A stretch of 64,000 nucleotides of DNA from Minisyncoccota bacterium (GTDB lineage: Bacteria > Patescibacteriota > JACMRA01): positions 7,881 through 71,880 of the forward strand of contig JACMRA010000003.1 in NCBI GenBank assembly GCA_014376695.1. The letters run 5' to 3'. A program made the position numbers and the translations under genes. The notes below the pieces were generated by a model that made no database searches, was not told where the DNA came from, and saw nothing but the letters and a program-made list of their open reading frames with translations. This document shows, one piece after another, positions 35,964-46,165 of this stretch (the first letter of the stretch is position 1; each line of letters opens with the position of its first letter).

Positions 35964-37070
35964 ATGGTAGAAAAAGATATAAAAAAAGAGATTTCGGACT
36001 TCAAAAAATTATTCGAGCCGTATTTTGAGGAGCTTTTGACGGAATTTACTGAGGTTGTTAAATCTGACAAAAAACCAGAGTCCTTTGCAATTGTAGTAGA
36101 TCAAATTAAACGGCTATGTATGTTGCCTGGGGCCAAGCGACTAAGACCATTTTTGATATATCTTGGATATGCTTTATATTCTGATGTTTCGACTGCCACC
36201 TTAGAACAACGTGAATCCATAATGCAGACAGGGGCTGGCTTAGAGATTTTTCATACATCTGCGCTTGTGTACGACGATATAATCGATAAATCGGATATGA
36301 GGCGTGGAGAACCGACAATCGAAGCTTTTTATAAGGCAAAATTTCTTTCCGAGGGTCAGGGCAACTATCTTCACAGCGCAATCAGTGCAACCATACTTGC
36401 TGGGATAATGTCTCATTCTTTGGCAGATAGACAGATTAATATGGTAGAAAATAAGAATGTTCGAGATTTTTATTATGAGATGCAGTACGAACTTATAGGG
36501 GGCCAGGTTGACGATACTTTCGGAGTTGGGGCTAGCGATCTTGATACTCTTGAATCAGATTCCATCATTGATATGATGACGGCCAAAAGCGGTAATTATT
36601 CTATTCAAAAGCCGCTTTTATTAGGTCTGTTACTTGCTGGTTGCCCGCCCGAGTCAGGTATCTATAAATCAGTCGAGGTATTAGGCTATAAAGCTGGGAT
36701 TTTATTCCAATTAGTGGATGATATTATTGGGCTGTATGAATCCGCAGATGCCATTGGCAAGTCTAATACGACAGATATCCTAGAGGGTAAAAGGACGCTT
36801 TTAATTGCCCGTCTATATCAAGTTTCTGACTCAAAAAATCGAAATAGAATAAAATCTATATTAGGCAATACCGAGGCAACCTTAGAAGAAATTAGCTGGA
36901 TAAAAGATCAGATAAAAAGCAGTGGAACTCTAGATTATTACAAGCAGTATGCTCGCGAACTTGCTGAGCAATGCGTTGCAATTGTCAAAGAATTTGGCTC
37001 CAGCGATAATATAGATGAATGTGAAGTATTAATCTCGTTGATAAATTATTTATTAATACGAACTAAATAG
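35964..37070 (+). CDS. Polyprenyl/geranylgeranyl diphosphate synthase
   Basis: AKRLRP, DDIID..D.RRG, GQ, KSGNYS, FQLVDD, D..EGK.T. Confidence 0.9.
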   Translation: MVEKDIKKEISDFKKLFEPYFEELLTEFTEVVKSDKKPESFAIVVDQIKRLCMLPGAKRLRPFLIYLGYALYSDVSTATLEQRESIMQTGAGLEIFHTSALVYDDIIDKSDMRRGEPTIEAFYKAKFLSEGQGNYLHSAISATILAGIMSHSLADRQINMVENKNVRDFYYEMQYELIGGQVDDTFGVGASDLDTLESDSIIDMMTAKSGNYSIQKPLLLGLLLAGCPPESGIYKSVEVLGYKAGILFQLVDDIIGLYESADAIGKSNTTDILEGKRTLLIARLYQVSDSKNRNRIKSILGNTEATLEEISWIKDQIKSSGTLDYYKQYARELAEQCVAIVKEFGSSDNIDECEVLISLINYLLIRTK

Positions 37071-37127
37071 ACGATATAACTTGGACTAAAAAATGTCCAA
37101 AAAAATATTGCACAAGAGCCGTGCAAC

Positions 37128-37490
37128 AAAAAAAGGTATCGTCTTGACCTAAATTATATAAATTGTCAGCGATACCTTGTTATAAAGAATTGGAAATGGG
37201 ACCTTCTCTACCCTTTTTATGGATATTTTTTATTTTTGTGAGTATTTTTGTTTGGATTGTTAACAGTTTTTTATTTTTGTTTAGCAGTATTTGTGCTTTT
37301 TTATTTTTATTTTTGTTTGATTGTAGTACCCAGTTGCTTACGTACAATCGAGAAAAAAGGTAGATAGAGAAATAAATAATACTGTATATTTTAGTTTGTA
37401 TTTACTTTTCTATTTGAGGAATTAGAAGTCTTTATTTTCTAATTTTTATTTCTATTTTTGTGATTTTTTTGATTTGATTTTCAAATCCCA
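37128..37490 (-). ncRNA. Candidate structured A-rich non-coding RNA
   Basis: Consensus promoter upstream, nested stems, five ACAAAAAUA motifs, terminator hairpin with U7; no ATG-initiated ORF. Confidence 0.5.
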
Positions 37491-37493
37491 CTG

Positions 37494-37522
37494 ATTATAC
37501 AGAATTTTAAAACTCTTGTCAA
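37494..37522 (-). promoter_or_regulatory. Perfect consensus sigma70 promoter
   Basis: TTGACA (37522-37517), 17 bp, TATAAT (37499-37494). Confidence 0.8.
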
Positions 37523-37638
37523 GGATATATTTATTAACAGCGATTTCTAACTAATTTAATCAACAAAAATAAAAATTTAAACTAAATAAAAATTGCTAAA
37601 AAGTTGTCATAAACAAAAAAAACTTAACTAATATAAGT

Positions 37639-38994
37639 ATGAGTTTAATTCTGGCGTATATTAAAAAGGCATCGACTTGGTTTTTATTTGGTCTTTTATT
37701 TTTGCTGTGTTTGAATTCTTTTTTTACTATACAAAAGGCCTCTAGCGAGACACTGGCCTCAACTCAGTACACCCAAAAAATCCAAGTTATTCGCAGGAAC
37801 ATTCAAGGGGGTTTTGGCAATTCTTATTTGGCACTAAGCAATATAGGGTTGGTTAATTTAGACTCGAGCCAGTCATTGAGCGTTGGTTATAGTTATCAAA
37901 TTCGAGCCGATATTCTTGAATACAAACTCAATGATCCCTTAAAACCCTTTGATAAATATTACCGAAGCTTAGGTATAATGGCTAAGTTTAAGATAAAATC
38001 CGCCAAACCAATCTCTGGTTGTGCCGCAGATTGCTGGATAATCAGTCAAGTGAATAATTTTCAAAATTGGAATCTGCGAACTTTTGGGCAGACTTTTTGC
38101 CTTGATAATTACAGTATTTTGAAGCTTGTGGGGCAGTCGGGCTGCCAAGATGGATATGCCCTATCACTTGGGTTAATGTTCGGGGAAGATGGGTATTTTA
38201 GCAAAGAGCTCAAAAATAGTTTCAGGACGCTAGGATTGACACATTTAACAGCTTTTAGCGGGATGCAAACTGTATTAATTTTGACTTTATTAGAAAATTT
38301 GTTACTTAAAATTAAATTTGGCTTTAATTACAGATATTTTTTGGCATTATTAGTTATGCTTTTAATCATATTTGTAGTTGGGTTTAGCCCGCCAGTTCTG
38401 CGCTCAATTCTTAGTGTATTAATTAGTATTAGTATTCTAAAATTTTTTGGGAGAAAACTATCGCCCTATCGGTGCCTTATCTATTCCGGAGCAATTATGC
38501 TGATATTTAACCCGCTTTATATTGTTAATATTTCATTTCAGCTGTCTTTTGTGGCAACCCTTGGAGTGATTATGAGCGGTATATTTGAGACTAAAACTCT
38601 TGAATTAAATACAATAGCAAAAACTGTATGGCAGGGTTTTGTACAATCCGGGTTTTGCATCGTTATGACTTTGCCTATAATTTTGCAGCTTGGCAGTGGG
38701 AATTGGCTACTTGCTTTGGTTATGAACATTATTTTTGTACCAATTTTGAATTTTTTAACCTTATTTAACTATCTTCTCATACTGCCTTTGATTGGATATT
38801 TGCTAGCTCCTATCCTCGTGGCTATTCAGGCTATTGTGACTCAAGTAATAATTATAATCGCATCAATGTCTCCCAAATCGAGTCTAATTTTTAACTTTGA
38901 GTTTTGGGATTATATTTTTTATTATGGAATTATTAGTCTTATCTGCCTCAGTTATTTTTCTATATCACGGGCGAGAGTCAATCGGGGAAATTAA
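37639..38994 (+). CDS. comEC: ComEC/Rec2 competence channel
   Basis: GLTHLTAFSGMQ (H..A.SG.H variant), G.SPPVLRS, FNP....ISFQLSFVATLG. Confidence 0.85.
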   Translation: MSLILAYIKKASTWFLFGLLFLLCLNSFFTIQKASSETLASTQYTQKIQVIRRNIQGGFGNSYLALSNIGLVNLDSSQSLSVGYSYQIRADILEYKLNDPLKPFDKYYRSLGIMAKFKIKSAKPISGCAADCWIISQVNNFQNWNLRTFGQTFCLDNYSILKLVGQSGCQDGYALSLGLMFGEDGYFSKELKNSFRTLGLTHLTAFSGMQTVLILTLLENLLLKIKFGFNYRYFLALLVMLLIIFVVGFSPPVLRSILSVLISISILKFFGRKLSPYRCLIYSGAIMLIFNPLYIVNISFQLSFVATLGVIMSGIFETKTLELNTIAKTVWQGFVQSGFCIVMTLPIILQLGSGNWLLALVMNIIFVPILNFLTLFNYLLILPLIGYLLAPILVAIQAIVTQVIIIIASMSPKSSLIFNFEFWDYIFYYGIISLICLSYFSISRARVNRGN

Positions 38995-39954
38995 TTTTGT
39001 AACTAAGCCTGTTATTATCAAAAATATGCTGATAGCAAAGGCAGGGCTCACAATCGTGACTATTATCCAAATTATTTGCCAATTAATGATGCTGGCAACG
39101 TTGCCGATTAAAAATGTACTTGGAATAAAATTTTTGATAACAGCTCCAACCAAAAAGACTCCGGATAGGCTCAAAACAAAGAAAAGACTACTTTGCAGCA
39201 GATTAAATCCGAGCCTTTGGGCGATTATTGCCAGTTCAATTAGAGGCTTTTTGCCAAAAAGGAAACTGGTTAAAATTAGTCCAATCAGTACAAGACTATA
39301 CAAAATAATAGCCGTCCATGCTAGATTTTGCAGTTGCCAGTAGTAGTTTCTAAGTCCATTCCAAATATTTAGCCAAGTCTGGTTGATTTGATTAACGGGA
39401 TTTAGGTTTTCAACATTCTTGAGATTATCTCGTAAATTGTCTTGGAGTTTGGGATTTTTTATATCGGGAGGGATATTAATACTTGGTAGGTTAAGTTTTT
39501 TGACTTGATCTTGGAGTAGATTCAAGGCTTTGGTTGAGCCATCGGTAACATTAGTCCACCACTCTGGAGTGTTTTGGGGGTTTGCTTTGTTCTCGTTGAG
39601 TGGTAAATACGGTTCGAAGATTTGACTTTTTCCAGTGACCCAAAGATTAGCTCGGTCGAGATTGGTTTCGGTGACTTTTTTTAACCAGTCGGGTGAATTT
39701 AGCTTGGAGTCGATGTTATTCCAAATTAATTGGCTATAAAAATCATTTTGGGGATTATTTTTTTGATTCTGGTCCGCAGGCTTTAGGTTACCAAATTCCG
39801 CAGCCACTTGGCTATAAAAATTATTTTGATTCAGCGATAACTTGTAAAGATCTGCATTAGCTACTGACAAAATCAGCGAGGCCGAAATTATAATTATTGG
39901 CCCAAAATAGAGTATAAAGTTTCGAAGGAGACTATGGATGAAGGCTATTGACAT
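38965..39954 (-). CDS. Hypothetical membrane protein
   Basis: One N-terminal and three C-terminal TMs around a large loop. Confidence 0.7.
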   Translation of the reverse strand: MSIAFIHSLLRNFILYFGPIIIISASLILSVANADLYKLSLNQNNFYSQVAAEFGNLKPADQNQKNNPQNDFYSQLIWNNIDSKLNSPDWLKKVTETNLDRANLWVTGKSQIFEPYLPLNENKANPQNTPEWWTNVTDGSTKALNLLQDQVKKLNLPSINIPPDIKNPKLQDNLRDNLKNVENLNPVNQINQTWLNIWNGLRNYYWQLQNLAWTAIILYSLVLIGLILTSFLFGKKPLIELAIIAQRLGFNLLQSSLFFVLSLSGVFLVGAVIKNFIPSTFLIGNVASIINWQIIWIIVTIVSPAFAISIFLIITGLVTKLISPIDSRP

Positions 39955-40036
39955 ATTTTTAAATAAGATTAACCGTATGATTATTCATCTTAGTAGTATC
40001 GTCAATACCTTGCTAACTAACTTTATTAGTAATTTT

Positions 40037-40112
40037 GGGTATGTAGCTCAGTCGGTAGAGCACAGATCTTATAAGTCTGCGGTCGTGGGTTCAAGTCCCG
40101 CCATACCCACCA
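40037..40112 (+). tRNA. tRNA-Ile with UAU anticodon
   Basis: Cloverleaf GGGTATG...CATACCC-ACCA; anticodon arm CAGAT-CTTATAA-GTCTG. Confidence 0.9.
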
Positions 40113-40153
40113 AAATTTATTTTTCAGAGAATTAAGAAATCAACGCCACAAAT

Positions 40154-40432
40154 ATGGCTAATATAGAAAAAAGGCCCAAAGATAGCCTTGGAGACCACAT
40201 TAAAAATCTATCATTGGAAAAAGCATTGTTTATTGGACCTAGTATATTAGCTGCCTCTATTTTTGTTGCAATCGGAGTTGCATATATATCGGATTTTTAT
40301 AACAACCCAATATCGGGCGATGCTTTTACAGATGCTGATACAATTGTAATGGTGTTCATAGCATTGGCCTTGTTCTATGCGTGGTGCGCTGCTACCTTTT
40401 ATACGTTTGAAACTCCGCCTAAGAAAGACTGA
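40154..40432 (+). CDS. Small two-TM membrane protein
   Basis: 92 aa, two hydrophobic helices. Confidence 0.6.
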   Translation: MANIEKRPKDSLGDHIKNLSLEKALFIGPSILAASIFVAIGVAYISDFYNNPISGDAFTDADTIVMVFIALALFYAWCAATFYTFETPPKKD

Positions 40433-40467
40433 CGGAGTTTTTGGTTTGGCCACTTGAGTCGGGCAGG

Positions 40468-40656
40468 TTATTTCATAGATTTCAGTACCTTGATAACGTT
40501 TCGTCGTCGTATTAGACTCCTATGATTAAATCTATCGATAAATGGATCTGCGTTGTCTCTGTTAAACAAGAATATTGAAAATACCGTCGGCAATGCTAGA
40601 AGATTGATAGAAAGAATTATGATTTGATTTAGTTCCACAGTGATATTAGGGAGCAA
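40468..40656 (-). CDS. Possible small membrane protein
   Basis: TTG start, one hydrophobic segment, basic tail; perfect TTGACA-17-TATAAT promoter at 40717-40689. Confidence 0.4.
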   Translation of the reverse strand: MLPNITVELNQIIILSINLLALPTVFSIFLFNRDNADPFIDRFNHRSLIRRRNVIKVLKSMK

Positions 40657-40800
40657 CCCTAAATGTTTTATTGGCTGTTTGTTGCCCCATTATAGATTAG
40701 GATTCGTGTCTTGTCAAGGTTAATTCGGTTTAGTTTTACAGTGTTTAGCCTTGACTGTTTATTAATTATTACTTAGACTAGGTCAGAAATTCAAATAAAG

Positions 40801-42597
40801 ATGATCTCCAAAATTATAAAATTAATTCAGTCTCAATACCTAAATATCATACTTGGATTAGCTAGCTTTGGCTTATCTGCATGGTTTTTTAGATTTAAGA
40901 GCTACTTTTCTTTGAGAGAGATCTTTTTGTTGCCAGACAATAAAAATTTTAAATACCAAGATAGTTTATTGGAGTTTTTGAATTACCAAACACTTCAGTT
41001 TGGTATCAGTTCCGAAAGTTTTTACTCTATCTTTTTCACTCTGCTGTTTTTTTGCGGTGTAATGGTAACGTATTTTGCTTTTTACAAATTAATTAGGCTT
41101 GTTATCCAGATTAGGGAGATTAATTACGAAGATGGAGTTAATTTTTTTGCAGTACAAATAACTACCAAAATTGCAGTATTTTTGTTTTCTATCTTTACGA
41201 TTTATAATCCGATTACACTCAAGTTTTTCTTATTAGGATCGGTGGCTGAAATTGTAGCTTATTTTAGTTTACCAGTTTTGCTGTGCATTCTAATTAGTTG
41301 GATTTTTGAACTGAGTCAGATATCAATTTTTCGGGATATAAAAAGCTCGCAAAGTTTCAATGTTCCGACTTTGATGATTAGCCTGCGGTCGACCTTTTTT
41401 GTGTCGGTATTTCTACTTGCATCGCTTATTCTGAATTTATCTTTTACATATATTGCATCGATTAGTGCGATAATTTTTTTGGCTTTGGCTTTGGTTTTGG
41501 TATTTGATTTTCGCAAAGCTTACTTTTATCGGCCGTCAATTTATATTGAAGAAAGCAAAAAATATACGATTATTTTATCGAACATGGCAATCAAATATTT
41601 AGCCTACCCTTTGGTGGTTTTTTTGCCCGCGATAATTGTTTATTTTATCTACAAGATAAATCCTGATATCCGGAATCGCTCAGATTTTTTTGCTAATATA
41701 TACCCATACCAAAGTACCGTCTCGAGCGAAGTAAGACTTGGGGATTGGTATAGTATTAATTGGTCAATTTTTAACGAAATTATGAGCCTTGAGAAACTGT
41801 TTGGCTCAGTTGCAAAATTCAGCGTTTTCTTCAATCAATATATACATTGGATAATTATCGGCGGGTTTATATTGTTGATGGCTAATTGGCTGATTTCTAC
41901 TTTCAAAAGCTTTGGAATTTTGCTATATATTAATACTTTTATTGCCCTGTGTGTTGGGTTAATTGGAGCTGGGTATTTATCAACTTATTTACTAAATTTT
42001 AGAACTTTTTATTTTAGAGAGGCCCTCAATCATAACCATTTATATATTATTATCGCGGTATTAATTTTTGTAATTAGTGTATTAAGCGTACTCGATATAC
42101 TCAAAAATTTTGTCAAATGGCATTTGCAGCTTAATTTGGTTTTGATAATTGCCCTACTTTTGCTCGTAACTTGTAATATCCTACCATTTACTCTGATCAA
42201 TCAGATAGTCAATTATACTTCGCTTAATACAGCTTACGGACAATTAAATCAAAAATGTACTAACAAAACCAAAGTTCTCGAGCTACCAAAGCAAGTTTTT
42301 ATCAAGGACTTTAAGACTAGTAAAATTACCAAAAACCCTCTTTATTACCTCAATAAGTGTGAAATTGTCGATATCGATTCTGTGCAGTTAGAGCTAGATG
42401 TGATTATTGGACTCGGTGGCAAGCTTACAAAAGAAAAAACCTCCGACTGGTTAGAGAAATTAAAGACCGAAAACATATCGTTCTTGGTGCTTAATACCAC
42501 TGATAACACTGTCACCTCTCTTTATAACCAGATAAGTTCCATTAAAGCCCCTTTGATAGTCCAAGGAGAGATAATTATCTATAATTTAGATTCTTAA
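40801..42597 (+). CDS. Large polytopic membrane protein
   Basis: 598 aa, about 12-13 TMs plus a soluble C-terminus; YNP motif reminiscent of GT-C proteins. Confidence 0.7.
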   Translation: MISKIIKLIQSQYLNIILGLASFGLSAWFFRFKSYFSLREIFLLPDNKNFKYQDSLLEFLNYQTLQFGISSESFYSIFFTLLFFCGVMVTYFAFYKLIRLVIQIREINYEDGVNFFAVQITTKIAVFLFSIFTIYNPITLKFFLLGSVAEIVAYFSLPVLLCILISWIFELSQISIFRDIKSSQSFNVPTLMISLRSTFFVSVFLLASLILNLSFTYIASISAIIFLALALVLVFDFRKAYFYRPSIYIEESKKYTIILSNMAIKYLAYPLVVFLPAIIVYFIYKINPDIRNRSDFFANIYPYQSTVSSEVRLGDWYSINWSIFNEIMSLEKLFGSVAKFSVFFNQYIHWIIIGGFILLMANWLISTFKSFGILLYINTFIALCVGLIGAGYLSTYLLNFRTFYFREALNHNHLYIIIAVLIFVISVLSVLDILKNFVKWHLQLNLVLIIALLLLVTCNILPFTLINQIVNYTSLNTAYGQLNQKCTNKTKVLELPKQVFIKDFKTSKITKNPLYYLNKCEIVDIDSVQLELDVIIGLGGKLTKEKTSDWLEKLKTENISFLVLNTTDNTVTSLYNQISSIKAPLIVQGEIIIYNLDS

Positions 42598-42695
42598 TTC
42601 AAACATCGTTAGAATAACTTTGACAAAAATTAGTTATTCAATCAATCATATATGATATATTTCACATTATAGGTAATAATTAGAGTAAAACTTGT

Positions 42696-44636
42696 ATGAA
42701 TCCAAACCCCAACCAGCAAACACCAGTTGAAAATCGTAATACTCAGACAGATGCAGAGAACGCAATGTTTAGTATCGGAAATCCTGAAGAATTATTACCC
42801 CCAGCCCCCAAAGTCAGCTTGGCCCAAAAATACCAATTGGCCAAAAAATTCGAGGCCGTGCAGAGTTGGCTTCTAAAAAATTGGTGGATAGCGTTATCGG
42901 TTACTTTGGCTTTGGCAATACTAATAGTAGTAATAGTCGCTCAGGTAATCCTCGGGAATAAGTCAATAGTAGCCGGCCCGTACAATAATGTACTAATTCG
43001 ACTAGAAGGTCCAGATACCCTGCCCAAAGGCAATCCAGGAACTTGGAAAGTATTTATAGAAAATAAAGAAAGCACACCACTGGAAAATATTGAGATAAAT
43101 TTAGATTTTGATAAAAGTTTCGAGTTTGCCAAAGCCGTAAGCCCTTCCCCCGACAGACCTCAAGGAGATAAATATAAGATTAGCCGCCTCGATTCTTACC
43201 AAAATGGTATCTATCAGGCAGTAGTTGAATTTCAGGGAGTGACTAAAGGGAATATAGATGAGGAAATAGAAATGAAGGGTCAGGTTTCTTATTCGCCCCA
43301 AGCGCTGTCTAGGCTTAAGAACTCGGGCAAATTAGCCGCAGGCGAGACAGACAGGCGAGCCCTCCCGCTGACAACACTCAAAACTCGAACAACTTCGGCT
43401 AGGATCAATATTAATATGTCTCCAACGGAGGAACTTGTACCTAATAATAATGAAGCCGAGATGACTATTAAATTCGAGAATACCAGCGAAAAAGAAATAA
43501 AAGATCTGCGGATTCAGATGATTTATCCACAAGGATTTACATATTCGACTTCCGAATTAAGGGCTGATAGTTTCAGTTCTAGTAAGAATACGCCTGATGA
43601 TAGTAATAATATATGGCTACTAAATACTTTTAACCGGCTCAGCAGTCAGACGCTAAGATTCAAAGGACCTGTTACTGGGGCAAACGGCGTAAAATTGCCA
43701 TTTACTATCAATATGCAGCTGCGCAACGGTGAGAATTGGCAAACCATTTCGACTAGAACTCGAGATATAACAATTACCGGCAAACCACTAGCTCTCAATA
43801 CCAAGATTATTTCCAAAGACAATGGCGGGGTTATAAAACCTGGAGAGTCACTTGATTTGGTTATTGATTATGAGAATCAGGGCAGTATCCCGTTGTCCAA
43901 TGTTGAAATTACAGGGACTATTCAAGATCCTGCCAGCATTCTGGATTGGACTTCAGTGAAATTTAGTGGCGGCGACTCTGGAAATCTCGAAAATCGCAAC
44001 TTGATATGGAGTGGTAAAAATGTCCCGCAGCTCGCGACTCTTGGAGTTAATGTAAAAGGACAGCTTCGATATTCCATTGGGGTCAAAAGCGATCAAGACT
44101 TTCTCAAGCAAAATCTCAAGCAAAACGACTATATTTTGATTCCAAACGCCCAGGCCAAAGCCCAGTCTCTCCAGACAGTTAATGTCAGCGGTTCAACATA
44201 CAAATCCAAAGGTGATATATTTTTTTCACAGGCTATTAGTGATATTACATCGCAGGCAACCAAAGCAATATCGGCAAATAAAAAAATATACAAAGTTACT
44301 TGGAGCATTTCAACAACTCAAAACCAGATTAATCAAGTAGAAATTAAAGCACGCTCAGGCCTGTTAAAAACCTCATTTGATGATTTATTTTCGTCGATTC
44401 GGCCAGAATCAAAGCAGCCAGAACTCAGCTATATAAGCAACACAGGCGAGATTACTTGGAAAGCTAATTCTGTTCCAGCTTATTCCGGTCTCAGCAACCC
44501 ACTGATGACCATTAGTTTCAATATAGTCACAGAAAATAATGACACCGAACTATTTGCCAGCCCCGAAGTTGTTGGGGTTGATGACTTTACGGGGGCAAGG
44601 TACACCAAGAGCGGCGATGTGGGCAGAGTGAGATAA
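42696..44636 (+). CDS. Membrane-anchored protein with tandem Ig-like (DUF11-like) domains
   Basis: Single TM; repeated I..EN.....L.N.EI beta-rich modules. Confidence 0.7.
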   Translation: MNPNPNQQTPVENRNTQTDAENAMFSIGNPEELLPPAPKVSLAQKYQLAKKFEAVQSWLLKNWWIALSVTLALAILIVVIVAQVILGNKSIVAGPYNNVLIRLEGPDTLPKGNPGTWKVFIENKESTPLENIEINLDFDKSFEFAKAVSPSPDRPQGDKYKISRLDSYQNGIYQAVVEFQGVTKGNIDEEIEMKGQVSYSPQALSRLKNSGKLAAGETDRRALPLTTLKTRTTSARININMSPTEELVPNNNEAEMTIKFENTSEKEIKDLRIQMIYPQGFTYSTSELRADSFSSSKNTPDDSNNIWLLNTFNRLSSQTLRFKGPVTGANGVKLPFTINMQLRNGENWQTISTRTRDITITGKPLALNTKIISKDNGGVIKPGESLDLVIDYENQGSIPLSNVEITGTIQDPASILDWTSVKFSGGDSGNLENRNLIWSGKNVPQLATLGVNVKGQLRYSIGVKSDQDFLKQNLKQNDYILIPNAQAKAQSLQTVNVSGSTYKSKGDIFFSQAISDITSQATKAISANKKIYKVTWSISTTQNQINQVEIKARSGLLKTSFDDLFSSIRPESKQPELSYISNTGEITWKANSVPAYSGLSNPLMTISFNIVTENNDTELFASPEVVGVDDFTGARYTKSGDVGRVR

Positions 44637-44717
44637 AAATAGCTTTTATGAAATCAACTAAATTTGAAAATCTGCTATAAAGGCATTTATATAGTATAAA
44701 TATTATCTTTTATTCCT

Positions 44718-45416
44718 GTGTCCAAACCTAACATTCAACGAAATTACAATCTAAATAAAATTAACAAAATTATCTTACCAAAGCTTATGAATGAGCTGAA
44801 AGTCTACTCGGTTTATTTTTTGGTTACTGCAGTATTAATGACGAGTTTATTCGCTTTTGGGCGAAATTTTGCCTTGGCGCAGGTTGAAATTCAGGGCGAT
44901 TCTATGTTGCCAGCATTTCAGACCAGTGACCAGATATATATTGATAAATTGTCCCCTCACTTTTCGAGCTATCGCCGCGGGGAAATTGTGGTGCTTTTGC
45001 CAGATAAGAATTGCGATCCCAAAGAAGATTTGTTTATTAAGCGGATAATTGGGCTTCCTGGCGAACAGGTAATTTTTGACAAAGGGTCGGTGTATATTCT
45101 TAACCCTCAGGTTTCGGACAAGCCAATCAAGCTGGACGAGGAGAGTTATCTACCTAACGATACCAAGACTTACAAGCAATCACCGCTTAATCTGGCCAAT
45201 CAAGGAGAGATAAACAAATTAGAACAGGTGGCTGAGCCAATATTATTAGCGGATACTTATTATTTTTTGGGCGACAATCGCAACAATAGTCTAGACGCTC
45301 GCAAGTGCGGGGCCGTTGGCAAAAATCAGATACTCGGTCGCGAATATTACAAAATCAAGCCAGATAATAAACGAGGATACGCTAATTTGCCAATGTACAA
45401 AAATTTGCCTGAGTAA
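44718..45416 (+). CDS. lepB: Signal peptidase I
   Basis: GDSMLP (Ser), FIKRIIGLPGE (Lys), LGDNRNNSLDAR. Confidence 0.9.
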   Translation: MSKPNIQRNYNLNKINKIILPKLMNELKVYSVYFLVTAVLMTSLFAFGRNFALAQVEIQGDSMLPAFQTSDQIYIDKLSPHFSSYRRGEIVVLLPDKNCDPKEDLFIKRIIGLPGEQVIFDKGSVYILNPQVSDKPIKLDEESYLPNDTKTYKQSPLNLANQGEINKLEQVAEPILLADTYYFLGDNRNNSLDARKCGAVGKNQILGREYYKIKPDNKRGYANLPMYKNLPE

Positions 45417-45474
45417 ATTGCCCCGGTTTTTGACTATTTGACAATTGACGCAAGGTTTGATTTATATAAAGTAT

Positions 45475-45550
45475 GGCGGTCGTAGCTCAGTGGTAGAGCG
45501 CTGGTTTGTGGTACCAGATGCCGCGGGTCCGATTCCCGTCGTTCGCCCCA
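45475..45550 (+). tRNA. tRNA-His(GUG)
   Basis: G-1:C73, loop TTGTGGT, encoded CCA; T-loop reads TCCGATT. Confidence 0.9.
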
Positions 45551-45616
45551 TTGTAACAATATTAACCACCTATGTGGTTTTTTTACTTTCTGATTAACAT
45601 TTTTAACCAATAATTT

Positions 45617-46162
45617 ATGTCTTACACTCAAAACCTTTATTTTTTACCTTCTGGAACGGTAGATAAATTTAATGTAATCATCGAAATACCTCACGGATCT
45701 CAAAACAAATACGAACTCGACGCAAAGACTGGTGCTTTATTTTTGGATAGAGTGCTTTACGGAGCTGCCTTTTACCCTGGTAATTATGGCTTTATCCCAA
45801 GCACAAAAGCAGAGGATGGAGATGCCGCAGATGTAATAGTTTATATGACCAACTCAGTTCCTCCATGTACAGTTGTACCATGCAGAGCGCTTGGAATTAT
45901 GAAAATGGAGGATTCGGGCGATCTAGATTCAAAAATCATCGCAGTTCCAGTGGATGATCCCTATTTTAACGATATTCAAGACATTCAAGATTTACCAAGT
46001 CACAAAATTAAAGAACTAAGTGACTTCTTTGAAAACATGCAAAAATTCAAAAAAGGTGTTTGGGTAAAAAATGTCAACAAAATTCTAGGAGTCGGCGATA
46101 AGGCTGAGGCCCAAACTGAGATTGCAAGATATCTAAACAATTATACAGAATACAAGGAATAG
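45617..46162 (+). CDS. ppa: Inorganic pyrophosphatase, family I
   Basis: IEIP.GS..KYE, LDRVL, YP.NYGFIP.T..EDGDAAD, D.KIIAVP. Confidence 0.95.
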   Translation: MSYTQNLYFLPSGTVDKFNVIIEIPHGSQNKYELDAKTGALFLDRVLYGAAFYPGNYGFIPSTKAEDGDAADVIVYMTNSVPPCTVVPCRALGIMKMEDSGDLDSKIIAVPVDDPYFNDIQDIQDLPSHKIKELSDFFENMQKFKKGVWVKNVNKILGVGDKAEAQTEIARYLNNYTEYKE

Positions 46163-46165
46163 CCT

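Noticed and set aside
37163-37363. Plus-strand 66-aa Phe-rich ORF as a membrane toxin
   Set aside because: Its hydrophobicity follows from the T-rich strand; TTG start inside a hairpin; the promoter and terminator point the other way
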